DNA of 49,225 nucleotides, filler included, from Catajapyx aquilonaris (Eukaryota): NCBI GenBank assembly GCA_000934665.2. It is 3 parts of 3 records of this genome, joined end to end, with 100 filler letters (N's around TTAATTAATTAA, not from the genome) between each part and the next. Parts side by side here need not be neighbours in the genome. Positions count along the whole stretch, not along the records: positions 16,445 to 32,786 come from JYFJ02007229.1; positions 32,887 to 49,225 come from JYFJ02007230.1; 1 more part is not named here. One strand, 5' to 3'. Shown piece by piece: positions 24,216 to 37,539 of this stretch (position 1 is its first letter; each line of letters starts with the position of its first letter). The notes under the pieces were generated by a model. It saw only the letters and a program-made list of their open reading frames with translations, ran no database searches and was not told where the DNA came from. The position numbers and the translations under genes were made by a program.

Positions 24216-25356
24216 CTGACACGCTTCTTTAGACACTGCCTTAAAGAAACGTGTCATTTTTTTAGATATGGAGATCAGTAATACCGCAAACATTTATAGT
24301 GACACAGAATCTACAGGTGCATGATATATCCAGTATTTTTATTCCTGCGTCCTTACGCATATATCCTTTAAGTCTGACAAATGGAAAAGCGAGGGGGATA
24401 GGGGCTCACCTTGTACAGTACTGCTACCAAGTAACCTTGCTTCTCTTAATCGCCATTAGTAGTGCGCCATAATCTAAGCTACCCCATTATTTTTTAAACT
24501 TTTTTTCCCCGCATCGTGCCATTCATGTCAGAGTTAGGAACCTGTCCATACTTGATCATTTTTATCAAACTATTTCTACGTAAAAGAAATCACTTAGCAC
24601 AAGTATCCATAAGTGTTAGATATTGCATTTTAAATTAGTCATCACACTGTATCACAGGTAGTGCAACATCTCCATTTTTGTAACTGACTTTTAAACCTTA
24701 TTTCAGCGTGGTAAACCTTTCGTAACTTTTTGTTTATATTCCCCGTGATACTGATAATCACAGATTTCTACAATAAAAGGAGAATAGTCAGTGGCAACTT
24801 GAAAATCGGTCACTCGATTTAGCACGGCCAGGAATATTAAAAACTCTATCAGACTTTGCATGAGAGATGATAACTGTATATTTTTCCCATTCACATCCGA
24901 TATTATAGGGTGCCATTTAATATCACATGTGGTAGTCTACTGTATTACCAAAAAAAACAAAAAAAAACGGTTTCATCATAGGATCAGGTACTGTAATATT
25001 GGATGTTTGTAAACTCCGGCTAAATCTCTTTGGACAGTCGTAAAGAAGTTACGAACAGTGCAGTGGGCCACCTGGTGTAGCCCGATCCGGCCTCTGCAAT
25101 CAATATGGGATACTATTATTATGGGATACTATACAGTATATCATATGGGATTCTATCTGCTACTAGGTGCATTGTTAGATGGTAAGGTGTCGCTTCCATC
25201 ATCCTTCGCGTATGTAGATGTTTGGCCATCATTTGTCTCGTGCAATGAGTTGCTTATGTGCGGTATGACAGGTACAGTACGCAGTGATCGCTTTGGTGCA
25301 GTCGCAGTACTCAGTTACCGCGACACCGTGACACCCTTCGTGCCAGGTGCCACGTA

Positions 25357-25386
25357 ATGATGATGATGATGATGATGATGATGATG
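25357..25386. repeat. (ATG)10 microsatellite
   Basis: Direct reading. Confidence 0.95.
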
Positions 25387-28300
25387 CACAACTGCAAATT
25401 AGTAGGCTACTGCGTTTAATAACGAGAATATTTCTGTTGACTTAACGAACAAAGCGATATTGATTTCCATATGCGTACTGTTGTCTGTCGAAAAGACAAT
25501 AAAAACGCCTCGTCATCGCCCCAGAGCTATTTTAATGATTTAGTCCAGGAGCGGAGTTTCAAACAAAACGCTTTGCACTGTATACTTTACTGATAGTTCT
25601 CGGCATAATCTCAAGCAAGAGATGAGTTATTAAAGTTCCTGAAATTAAACAACTGATAAATGAGCGTGAACGCAGGCTCCAACTTTACACCGAATTGGAA
25701 AACTTTAATTGATTTATGTAAAGAGCTTACATTTATTCATAACCATAGAGCGGGTTTTTCTACTCTAGGTCCTACACCAATACAGTATACATGAGTGGCA
25801 AATCCGGCATGTACTAGGGGGCAAGACTGCGCTCTGGTAGTAAATGGTACAGAATGTGAAATCCTGTGTCATTATAGACTGTGTCACAGGAGCAATTAAG
25901 TGAAAGATCACTTTGCGAGGTGACATAATATAATTATTTGGGAAATCCTGAAAATAATACCAGAATTTTCCAGATATGGTTTTAGCCTAGAAAAAAGCAG
26001 GGTCGAATAATGTCAAGCGCCGGCTCAAACTTGTAGGAACACTAAAGTTGTAATCCCTCTGGCATAATTACTTGTTAGTGAGCTAAAATCAGGAGAGAAT
26101 GATCTAATACTCCCGTGACTTGAGAAACCAGGACGTCAATTTTGAGATTGTAGTTATCATCTGCGAGCAGTTTTTTATTTGCGTTGGATTATGCCAACGT
26201 TATACATGAAGACCATATTGGTAAATAACTCAATGAACGGGCTTTATGAAAGGCCTGAAATTTATGAACCTAACGTGCCTGCAAGGTTTATGCTGGGCAA
26301 AGCTGATACATGCCTTTATGTGCCTTTAATCCTTAAAAGCATTAAATTAATTGCAGTATATATTGTGGGGTTAATATTTTTACTGGTAGTCAAAGTGAAG
26401 AGAATATGCCGTATTTCAGCCTCCGTATTATTTATCGTCTATTGACGCACATTGTGAGAGTTCACGTTATATGCGACCATTACGCGACCAGTGCAATGAT
26501 GTCAAAAAATTATTATGCACCTCACTCATCGCGGAATTACTTTGTGGTTGCGTATAGGATAAATGTTACTGTGTCTGATATTATCCATAAAGACTTACCT
26601 TTTATTTTGAAAAATACAACCAAACGCCACACTATAAGAAGTTGGATTTTTTTCCTAGCAGGGACACTATATATTTGCAATTTGGTATGATTGGAAGAAT
26701 ATTGATCAATGAATGGGAGTTTTACTTTTTATGGGAGTTTCCAGCACAATTTTAAGTTACAAATTATAAGACAACCTGAAGCTGAATATTACTTTTGCTG
26801 AAAGGATTTGGGTGATCATCATGTAGTTACCAGACTATACCTGTCCGCCGCAATTATATTGCCATTGCAATTAAACCTGCATAGTTTGCGCAACTAATTG
26901 GAAGGGAAGATATTATCTAGCTGAGCTTGCATCTTCCAAAGGGATCAGACTTGCTCTGGAAACTGTATCATCCTAATGCACTTGCGTCAAGATACAGTAG
27001 GGTAGAATGAGGTGTACCTCGTTTTATTCTTGCTTCACAAAGTTTCCCTTGCTGTATAGCTGTAATAAGAAAGGCTCCGATTTCATCACGAGTGAATCTT
27101 CCACGTCAGTACCATCGTCCCAATAACACGCATTCCCTTCCACGGCAAGAGCTGGTTCATAGAAGGGACATGCGTTGGAACTCACTCGCGCGTGAGGTGG
27201 AATTAGTGCTTTCTGCAGTGAAAACCGTGAGTGGAATAAGGTTCTTTTGCTTTGAACGTCAATTTTCTTCCCTGTGATTCACAGGAAATTAGTTCTTGCA
27301 AGGCTTTCGTTGCCAGCATTTTATTGTGCGAAGATTTCTGTCTACGAAACATGTCTCATACATTGCCGCATGTAATGTGTACTAGTGTACAGTACACACC
27401 ATACACAAGTATTGACGATGAGACCTGCAGTGTTTCAGTGGGGGGGAGGGGGGGGGAAGGATTGGAATAATTTTTACTCCCAACGTTTTGTTATTGGCTG
27501 CTATCTGGCGCAGAATGTTTCACTTGCAATATGGGTTAACAATTAATCATAATTACTGTTCATTATGCTTAGAATCTTCGTCATGGAATGGTGGACATGA
27601 TGAAATATCTTTTTAAAACTAAAAGAGGGTCCGTGAAAATGGTGCGGGGAAGTTCCATCCAAGAGGGTGATTATGAGCCTGAGTTGCGAGGGAGTGTTAC
27701 AAGTGGGAATTATGAGCACAAGTTGCGAGGATATGATGGCCAGGAGTCCATGATGAGTAACGTGCTGTTGCGTGGTAGGCGTGAATCTCATGCAATACAA
27801 CAACCTACACCCTTAGTTTGAGTCAGAGCATAGGCTGTGGGACCTTTGATGTCAAGCCATGATTACGAGGCCCTGTCATTCTGGCGACCACGCCCGTTTG
27901 GCGCCTCTACCCCCGCACCCGCCATCCCCATTCCCGTTCCCACGCCCCCGGGGGCCTGAGTTCCGCTTCATCTATACTGAAAAAGCCCCCACAGCTTACT
28001 TTTGGGATAGCTTGGGGGATAGGGAGCCTGTGGGGTGTGAACATGCACCAGGGACACTAATGGTAGGTGGGTGCGACGCAAGGGCATCAAACGATGGCCC
28101 TTGGTCGGCCATCTTTTTGCGGATGGCTTCCTGAAGGTAGCGATGGAAGGGGATGTAATTAATAGCGAGTGGCAAGGCTTAAGTACCTTAAATGGAAATC
28201 CACCAACTTCCATTTTGCAGCTACTGATGGAATCCTAACTGCATGAGTCGTGGGATGAAACAGAAGCTTCTCGGTTTCGTTCCTTTCTCTATACCATGCT

Positions 28301-29678
28301 CCGCCTGTTTCCCCCTTCCCTCCCCCGGTTTTCCAGCGGCGAGGAAATGAAATTAAAAGGAGCTTGCTGCGTTATGGTGGCTCCTCGGCGAGGGGCCTCT
28401 TATTCTCCCAGCTGGGGGTCTGCAGTTTCATCGCGGCTCCGGACAAAAAGGCTCATTGCCTTTCGGCCCGGATGAAGGCGCCCAGCCTGGAACAAATGGC
28501 TCCCCTATATACCAACCACTTTTGCGCTTAGGGAATATACAGTGTTATTTTATTCCTGCCACTACCACCACACATGCTTCAAATACTATATCAGTACAAT
28601 TAACGGCTGATTATGCGCTGTAATTTCATTTGTAACTTACGGGCGTTCACTAATTTCTTGTTATGCTCATTTTCTTGTTGGTTGGGGCATACATTCATCA
28701 TGGTCCTGAATCCGCATAATTTGTCTGTTGTGTAGGAGTTTAAAATCAAGCGTGTTAATGTGTTGTACCTGTCTGAATTTTCAAAATAAGGGAAATAGAT
28801 TTGAATAGTAGGCCGATTTTATCAGAAAAATTATACTTGCAATTGGCAGTTATACCCACAATGATGCGTGTTAAAAGTGATTACAGTCAATAGGCTGCAA
28901 TGCGTAATTTTCTTGTTGGATGTTGGTGGTCCGGACGATCTGCTTCACTATAAATAAGATTGTCAATATATGTTTGTCGGATTGGATTTTTTTTTTTAAA
29001 TGTAGGAATGTAATAGCATGCATTAGACCATACACTTCTGTTCAAGCTATTAGCACTACCCTTCCAGCATTGTAACCGAGTTAATGAAAAATCTGCCCAG
29101 AGTTACACCTCGCCGGCCTCGGAACCAATTACCACGCAACATCAAGGGATGACTGCACTGGAAGTGACCGTTAGCCGACATAAGCCAAAATAATTCATCC
29201 ACAGGATTTCCCGAAGTGGCCACCAATCACAAAAACTATTGTTAAGGCGCATTTATGGAACACAATTACAGTCAAGTTTTCTAGTAGCTGCCAAAGTTGC
29301 CCCGACTCTCACGTTCATCAGTAGCCACGCTCAACAAGTGTGGAGAAGTCGGATTCACGGATAAATGCCTACAGTTTGCATTTGCACAAACCTTTTAAAA
29401 ACCTGCATAATGTGTTTGTTGTTGTGGCTGTATACAGTGTACTGCAGCCTCTGTACTGTCATAATCTGCAAAATTGTGCCTTGAGGTTGAATTTCATTTC
29501 ACACTGTTCTCATTTTCACGGAGTTTGCTCTCAGCTGATAATGAAGCAAGGTCTGTGGTTTAAAATTTATGCAGTCCATTATGCTGTCTTGGCTGCATAC
29601 ATTTTTGATGATTTGCAATTATTCTCTCAAGAAGAGTAAAGCTGGATTCTAAATATTCATTTCATAGCTGCAGTATCT

Positions 29679-29679
<1 letters not shown>

Positions 29680-29737
<58 letters not shown>
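29680..29737. repeat. (TAA)19 microsatellite
   Basis: Direct reading. Confidence 0.95.
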
Positions 29738-29738
<1 letters not shown>

Positions 29739-32710
29739 CTATAACTTATATTAATTATCTAGATATGTCACATGCAGCATTAACCCAATAGCAGAAAATA
29801 GTCTACTCACTTGTCGCAGTGAAAGTGTCGGTGCTTCAAACCCAACCCAGGATTTTAACTATTAGTTGTCCTGTGACATAACCTACAGACCACCGTATCC
29901 CCCTCCATTACGCGCCTAATATTAACCGGCAGTTTACGCCTTTACAAGCTTTTTAGTGACGCAATCGTTTCAGAATCGTAGCTGTACATTAGAGTCATAC
30001 ATGCGCTTTCTATTCCAATTAAGCTACAGTTTGTAGAGGGGGAGAATCAATTTATTCTGCTACGCTTGTTAAGAATTCTGGAGGAGCCATTTGGTGCGAT
30101 ATAAAATGATAGGCCGAAGCTATCATTATAACGACGAAAGGCGCGCAGCCGACGCGGCGAAAAAATGGCGATAATAAATTATGGGCGAGAAGAATTTTCG
30201 AGCCAGCCATTTATATCCCTTTATAGTAAAATATATGTGCATTTGCCGTCAGAAAGTACATTCATAAAACAGTCACGAAATGCAGCCTGAAGCTAATATA
30301 GGAATTGTCATTGGCAGCCTTTGGGAATCTCCAGCCAAAGCTTCCCTTTTTTTAAAAGGCCGAATAAAAATATTTAAATCAATAACACTGCACGGTTTCC
30401 GACCGTTTTTTTTCGAAATTAAAACTTCTATTGATGGCAACGGTAGAACCTAGACATTAAGGAAGCTGCTCATAGCATTCCTTTTTCATCGTTAGCGAGG
30501 GAGATGTTTTTATAAGCCTTGCTGCTCACATTTTGGCAAAAAAAGAGCTGCACATGCATTTTGTAGCCCATCCCATTTTCTACCCTTCTCTGCTATACAT
30601 GTCATGTCTCTCCTGGAGGCTTATGCCTAATTTTAAAAACTGCGCCTTGATTAATGGAGCCAGTAAGCCCCGAATAATAATAATAAAACAGGCAGGAAAA
30701 GGGAGAGGAAAGTGCGTATGTTGGCCCTTATAACGCTTAGTTTATGTTTGATGGCTTGGGGCAAATAATTTGTTAAAACGTGAAAAAGTGCGTCTTAAAA
30801 TATATCCAGCTCTATCCTAGACACTGTTAGCAGTCCGGTCCAGAAGAACGTGCAGGTCACGTTCGTTGGCCAGGATGCCACCAAAAACCCTAATGGATCC
30901 TCTTTCCCACAGCTCCCCCGACCACAAACTTGCCTTGTTCTACTGATAGGAGCGTGCGGGAAAACAGTCGCCACCGTGTTTTCTGCCCACTTAGGCACTT
31001 GGCTCGGATAGGTTTATTCGAATAAATGACGTGCTCATTTGTACACAACCGCAAGCATTTAGACGCAGTCAGGACGCGCTGCCTGGCTCAAAAAGGTCAC
31101 ATTCTAACCGCAGTGGTGGGGAAGTTCCGCTCTCATTCCTGCTCACTAATTAAATTAGTTGGCTTAGGTCAAGTACTCTTAAATTAGTGGGACCCGTATT
31201 ACTAGATATTGTGGTTTTCATAATCATATTTTTTATTGAAGAGTTGTGGCTATAAAAGGTATTGTTGGGAAGCATCAGAATTATTAAAGATTAGTTTTAT
31301 ATAGTTTTAAAATCAGTTTTGCGGTCGATTCTATGGCCTAAAAATTAAAATGCTGCTTAAACCTACTCATAATGATATGATTGAAGAAACAATGCCTCTT
31401 TGCCGTGATTATTTCGTTTCGCCCCAGTTTTGCAGTGAATATCCTACTGCATAAAGCGCTCGATGAATTCAAACACATGAGTGATTCCATTTTAAATTTG
31501 CATGTGATGTGGTGGCTGGACCACCTCTAATTTTGTTATAAAAAATTGTGTGTGTAGCCTACTATCTGTAGAGGATATGACTGGTTTGTGACAATATCTA
31601 CCGCTACTTGAAATAAATTTTCCGCCCAGCACTATTGTCGCCAGAACAAGGGGAAACATTTTACACAACATCGGATTTTTGGTAGACCTACTTCAAGAGT
31701 AACAGCAGGGTACTTATGGAAGCCCATTTGAGTACATATAAGTATTTTAGGCGTCCTAAACTAAATTATTTCACTCCCCAAATAAGGTGCAACAGTTTAA
31801 TAAAACAAGGAAGACTTATGAGCTCAGGAAAAATAGTCAGGAAACAAAAAAAAATACATAAGTGGTCATAATTATGGAGCGCCACAAGTTAATTAAATCT
31901 CCAAACACGTCACTTATGAAGTGTTTCAAGTGAAAGCAACATATGCCAGGAAGAGATGACTTTCCTCTTCAAAAACCAAAAATAGAGAGTTAGGTACCAC
32001 GACTCTCGTAGCCATAAAACTGCTAAAATGAGACAGGAAACCACTATGTAAAGCCAACATGCAAACAAAGCAACTCAAATGAGAGCAACACAAAGTTATG
32101 CTCGTAGATCCAGTTCACACAACTCATGCTAGTAGGACTCAGGTACTAAAATGTACGCAACTAGGGGAAAAACTATCCCCAGGAGAGATGGTCAAAGGCA
32201 ACTGACTCCTAGAACAGTCTGCAGTCGACTCTCTTGAAAGACGGGAAGAAACTTCCCAGCAAAATGCCTGTCAAGAAGGACAACCAAATAATAAGTTAAT
32301 AATCAAATAGATTAGAACGGGAAACCAAATCAATGTCAAAAGGGGGACACATGACAGACATCATGCTCGAAGGAAGTTCGCGATTTCTTTGGTGTTTACT
32401 TAAGCTTGTTGCTATAACAACACCATACGCACAGGGAAATTCTCACAAAATAGACAAGATAGAAAACTAACAATAAATTATTCAGCTATGAATGACACTG
32501 CACTGTATCCAGCTGGCCCCTGGTTATCATCGGTTTGAAAGCATTAAATCATTTAATAAAGGTATAAAATTATAAAATTCAACGCGTGTTTGATTGTACA
32601 GTGCATTGCTGTATTTTTTATAACTATCCTATATTATGTTATTATTTTTGTTGATATCTGAATGTGTATAATTAGTAATTTAAACTTATCATAGATAAAT
32701 ACTGTATGTA

Positions 32711-32786
32711 CGAGTGCTGTTCAAAAAGAAACCGAACATTTTTATATAGACTTTATTGCTCAATTTGCAACATTTTAAGCACTGTC
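32711..32786 (-). mobile_element. Terminus of the same mariner family as 523-2454, cut by the contig end
   Basis: TA + cgagtgctgttcaaaaag...ctcaatttgcaacattttaag matches 523-600. Confidence 0.8.
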
Positions 32787-32886
32787 NNNNNNNNNNNNNN
32801 NNNNNNNNNNNNNNNNNNNNNNNNNNNNNNTTAATTAATTAANNNNNNNNNNNNNNNNNNNNNNNNNNNNNNNNNNNNNNNNNNNN
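32787..32886. other. Artificial contig linker (N44-TTAATTAATTAA-N44)
   Basis: Identical to 16345-16444. Confidence 0.98.
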
Positions 32887-33676
32887 ATCCCACTCAGCGA
32901 GCTTCTGTCTCCAGCATTCAGCATTGTTGGGTGCTTAGGTGGCGAAACAGTTCTCGATTGCTTAGGAAGACGGGGAGGGTCAGACGGGGAATGGATACGC
33001 TTTTGGTTCGTGAGACTTGGTAGGGATTGGGAGTGAAATGTTATGGGATATATGTCAGATCCATCCGATGTGGCCTCGTACAACCTTCCGTCTATTAGAA
33101 GTTTGTCTATCCTCAAATGGGCCTTATGCCCCTGCTCCCTTGCCTCTTTCAAAAAAGGTAACAACAATCTTCGCTTATTCCTCGTTTCCAATGAAAAGTC
33201 CTCAGCCAGCCGAAGCGTTGTTTCACGTAGGGACCGACTCTTCTGTAGCACTTGTTCGCGATATGGGTAAAACGCAAACTTAGCTATTATTGGCCTCATG
33301 CCGGAAACTCGCCCCATACGGTGGACCCTTTCTAACTGCACTGTTGCGGGATCAGGGTGCAACTTATGCTCCCCCAAAAAAGCTCGGAAGATCTTCGATG
33401 TCTGCTCCCATGTTTCACCCGTACCTTCCTTCAGCCCGTATACAACCAAGTTATTTCGTCTAGCCTGGTTCTCGGTCCGCTCCATTTGCATCTCCAGTGC
33501 TGCTATACGCTTAACGAGCTCCCCATTTGACTTCTCCAGCTTTGCCGTCTGCTTCTCGAGCTTTCGGTCCCACCTTCCTGCTCACCGATTGCCCCCTGCA
33601 TCGCGGTCTCCAGCTCCAGTTTGAGTTTGCCCATTCTGTCGTCCAGTAAATTCGCAATTTGCTCCAAGGTCGCCAT
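32887..33676 (-). mobile_element. Non-LTR retrotransposon ORF1 (coiled coil + L1-type RRM/CTD), one frameshift, 3' end cut by the gap
   Basis: MATLEQIANLL from 33676, frameshift near 33577, then ENQARRNNLVVYGLKE...ERVHRMG...RPIIAKF...LAEDFS.ETR.KRR.L...DKLLIDG, typical of Transposase_22-like ORF1. Confidence 0.88.
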
Positions 33677-33849
33677 ATTCACAACGAAGAAAATGGGTCC
33701 GTTCTTGCACCGCAAGATAAAAAAAAAAATGAGAGGAATCCTCGCAGCGCCCGAGTAGACCGGCACAGAAAAAAGAGAGGTGTTGCTTGCTTGAGCTCTG
33801 AAGTGTGTGTTGCGATAATAATCACAATATTAATCATCATGAACCAAGC

Positions 33850-33990
33850 TGTTACAGCGTTCAACAGGCCATCGAGACAGATGTTGAACAATAGCAGGGA
33901 GAGCGGGTCGCCCTGTTTGAAAGGCGATTGCTTCCGGGATAGGCACACCCTTAAGACACCATTTCAACTGGGACGTGTCTGCCGGGAACT
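33850..33990 (-). mobile_element. Non-LTR reverse transcriptase fragment
   Basis: KQGDPLSLLLFNICLDGLL (33918-33862) resembles the conserved QGDPLSPLLFN motif. Confidence 0.65.
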
Positions 33991-34558
33991 CCATGTCACC
34001 ATATTATGGTTGCGTTCTAAGGTGGAGTGAAATATTTCCCCGAATTAGTGAAACGTTGCTCGCAGTTGTTGTTTCTGAAGAGGAATAAGGCTGTCTAAGT
34101 CTGGATTACACACCCTTTTCGTTCTGGTCGATACGTGTACGAAAAAATAAACTAACGGAGACTAATCAGGACTAACTAGAACATGTCGCTTGTCTCCTTA
34201 CGTATGATGCGTCACAGGGAAATTACAGATGCAGAATTTTCCACCAAAGACTTCATTCTTGATGTCATGTTGTCATCAGAACCTGCAAGCAACGAGCAGG
34301 TGCAGCCTTTTTAGTGGTGGGACTGGCGAGAGGTGTTGCTCTTGCCACTGGGGTTGGGGTGGCGAGGAAGGCGTAGGAGGGGAGTAGGAGGCGTAGGAGT
34401 CCTCCTCCCCCTCTGTCTGTTTCATGAATTTGTATTCCACCCAATTGGTCGTGTTGTTTATCCTTTCTCTAGCCCTCCTCTCCTTAAGTTCTCTTATCCC
34501 CTGCTCCCTCCGAGCATCCCAAGCCATTAATTGCCATTCCTCCTAGCTTTCTGCCACC

Positions 34559-34797
34559 ATTCCTTCCCTTTACCCTTCCCATCAGATATGAGTTTCCAGT
34601 CATTGCAGACCCTATTTTTAATACCAGGCCTTTTTCTCTTGGCCCTGGGCAGAGTAGAGAGTGCAATTCTGCCCTGGCATGTCGGGTGAAAAGCGGAAAA
34701 AAACCCGACCAAGCGGAGGTGACGGGGACGGGATTTGAACCCCGGTCCCCCGCTTTTGGCTGGCCAGCGGCGTAACCGCCAGACCATCATGCCTCCC
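34559..34797 (-). mobile_element. tRNA-derived SINE
   Basis: A box TGGTCTGGCGG, B box GGTTCAAATCCC (34741-34730), GGGAA/GGGTAA-rich tail. Confidence 0.7.
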
Positions 34798-34805
34798 TTC
34801 CCTTA

Positions 34806-35203
34806 TGTCATAACGTTTCTCAATGTTTCCTAACACAATGATGCAAAGAGGGTATTTCCACCTGAATTGTATAGATACCGGGAATGGGGCAATCAGGGGG
34901 AGAGAAGGCTAGAGGACGAAGACGGAAGAAGCCAGAGGGTCTGGAGACAGACGGACGAGACCCCACTGAAGGAAACCACCCAGCAGCCACGGACTAGAAG
35001 CCACGATCCAGAGAGCCGAGCCAAAGCCGCCCGCAGGATGAGCCTGGGGACACAGCACTAGTGGTCATCGTGGTGAGATAGCCCGACACTGGACCTGTTA
35101 ACTCATTGTCAAATAAACGGCTCGTCTTGACTTCCTGTGTTTTCTCTTCCTACAACCCACGTCACTTGTGCATCAGGGATGAAAGATTTCTGGTAACCCC
35201 CCG
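34806..35203 (+). mobile_element. Possible degraded LTR followed by a primer-binding site
   Basis: TGTCAT start, AATAAA at 35112, atgaaa end (atgaca expected), then TGGTAACCCC at 35191 resembling a tRNA-Trp PBS. No TSD seen. Confidence 0.4.
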
Positions 35204-35329
35204 ATCTTGGCAAAGTTGACCAAGGTTCGCGATTCTCTCTTTCTCTCTCTTCTGTCACTCTTCTCTCTCGCTCTCCTCTCACGCCCCTCTCTTTCTCCCT
35301 CCTCTCTCTCCCTTTCACACGCTCCTACG

Positions 35330-35600
35330 TTTACTATTGTTACTGATTACAGTACCTACTTTTACTATTCTTACTGATTACAGTACCTAATTTTATTGTT
35401 ACCTCTTAGTACTTTTACTATTGTTACATATTACAGTATTTTTATTATTATCTATTACAGTACTTTTACTATTGTTACCTATTCAATACTTTTACTATCG
35501 GTATTATTACCGACCTTTACTATCGTTATTCATTACCGTACCTCTATTATTGCTACTACTTACAGTACCACTTTTATAGCTACTTATTATAGAGGTACGG
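35330..35600. repeat. Degenerate AT-rich minisatellite flanked by CT/GA tracts
   Basis: Recurrent tacttttactattgttac and ttacagtac units. Confidence 0.7.
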
Positions 35601-35819
35601 TAATAAGTAGCAATAATAAAGGTCCTTCCTTCTCTCTCCCCCAGCCCAGACAGGGCGTGGGGGTTGCGTACATGGTTGCCACATGTCACACTGTGACAAA
35701 GGAGAAAGAGAGGAGAGAGCGAGAGAGAGGAGTGACAGAGCCCTGCCAGTAGACGAAGCTACCGCCGGCACAGCTCTTGGGGTCATGGGAGAAACGCAAA
35801 CCCCACACCACCACGAAAA

Positions 35820-36179
35820 GGGGACATGCAAATACCACGTGACCGTTTTGGGGGGAGGGGGGGGGTGGCGGTCGGCGAAAGTTCATGTTGTATCTTTGAA
35901 CACCGTGAATGGGCACATATGGGAGCTTTTACAGATGCACATGGGTTCAAAATAACGTAAAATTCTAAATCAGCGACCCCGAAAATGTTTTTCACGTGCT
36001 TAAACAGTTTAGTTGAGGAGCTATCATTTTGGAATACGTTTTTTCTGATAACATTGACCTTTCAAAAAACCACGTGAAAAGGAGGGAGAGGGGGTTCCAA
36101 TGGATACCACGGTTGGTCACTGGGGGAGGGGGGGTCAAAAAGTGGCATAAAATCGGTCACGTGGTATTTGCACGGCCCC
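35820..36179. mobile_element. PIF/Harbinger-like MITE inserted in a palindrome
   Basis: TIR gggg.c.tgcaaataccacgtgacc. The opposite palindrome arm shows a TAA target; the flanks aaa/tac are each one change from TAA. Confidence 0.7.
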
Positions 36180-36395
36180 TACGGTGGAGATACCATCGCG
36201 ATGGTATCTCCACCTTATCGTGGTGGTGGGGTTTGCATCGGGGGGAAAGAGGTTGTGTGTGTGTGAGGGAGAGAGGGAGAGGGAGAGAGGGGGAGACTGA
36301 CTGACTGACTGAAAGACAAAAAGAACTGAAAGACTGACTGAATAGCCTTATTTTTTCGCTTCTGGAACGCTCCAGATGTGGCGGCCTGAAGTATT

Positions 36396-36481
36396 AGTGC
36401 CGTGACCAAAAGATGGCATCACTCCCATGGCGGCCTTTGGCGGCCGCCAAGGGAGTGCTGCCACCTTTTGGTCACGGCACT
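36396..36481. repeat. 86-bp near-palindromic mini-element
   Basis: agtgccgtgaccaaaag...cttttggtcacggcact. Confidence 0.8.
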
Positions 36482-36957
36482 TTCCCTTCCCGCCAAAGGT
36501 CCTAACCGCCACCTATTTCCTTTCCCGCCAATGCAGGTCTGCCAACTGATTCAATCTGAGCCTCAGAATATTCAGAAATCTGTCTTAGAAAGTAGGGCTG
36601 AAAGTAGCAGCTTATAACTATACCGCCATATTGGATCCGGATCTAGCTACTTATCATGATTTTCAGCTGATAGCTTAGAGTAAACCCTTGCGACTTATTT
36701 AGCGGCGGCGCATGAACCTCCCGCAGCAAGCAAACAAGATATCAGCGGTGGGATCAGCAAGGGATTGGAGGTTCGCAAAGCCTCAATAACGTTTGGCCTC
36801 TGGCGCCACAAGAGGGTCGGTACTACTGTAAATGTTTCGGATACGAATCCCCACAATAATCGCCCAGCTCCGCTTCCGCCTTCCGCTCATCCGCATTACC
36901 TAAAAATATCCTGCAGGCCGACGAACCCTGCCTGGCGGTGTCACAACAGATGACAGT

Positions 36958-37236
36958 GGAGATAATGGATACCCAGTGATAAGCCTCCTTGGGCTCTTTA
37001 GGGGATCATCTTTTCATTGACCGAATTTAATCATTGCCTGCGCTGCGATGGATTTTGATTGTGGGAGGAAACGGGAGGAAACGGGAGAACCCCGAGAAAA
37101 CCCACGCGGACACGGAGAGAACCCATCGAAACTCTATCCACAGCATAAGCATACTCTGTCCGATCCTGGGATCGAACTCGGGACCTTAGAGGTGGAAGGC
37201 TGCGGCGCTAACCACTCCGCCACCGTGTCGCCCAAT
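36958..37236 (-). mobile_element. Full-length tRNA-derived SINE with V-domain-like core and 13-bp TSD
   Basis: A box TGGCGGAGTGG, B box AGTTCGATCCC, core gcgtgggttttctcggggttctcccgtttcctccc. TSD aacagatgacagt at 36945-36957 and 37237-37249. Confidence 0.85.
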
Positions 37237-37539
37237 AACAGATGACAGTATTGTTGCGGTACGTTAAAGCCATACAGCATCACCTACACAATGTTGTGTA
37301 TCGCGAGGTTTTACGAAAACGTTTCTCATGTCCGATTCATGAAGTGTACAGTATGTCCATTGATTCAATGCCACTCAATTTTTCAACCCCGTCTTACGAC
37401 CAGCTATACGCGAGCCCTCTCATTCCATTTCTTCATTACCATTGTCTTCCTCATTGCAGGTTTTGCCAAATTTTGGCTACGGGTGCACCAGTCAGGGAAT
37501 ATTCACCTCCTGTCCCGTCTCCAAGCTGTAACATTCGCT

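Noticed and set aside
27588..27821. 77-aa ORF with a YE..LRG repeat
   Set aside because: Short, explained by a local nucleotide duplication, with no domain or splice support.
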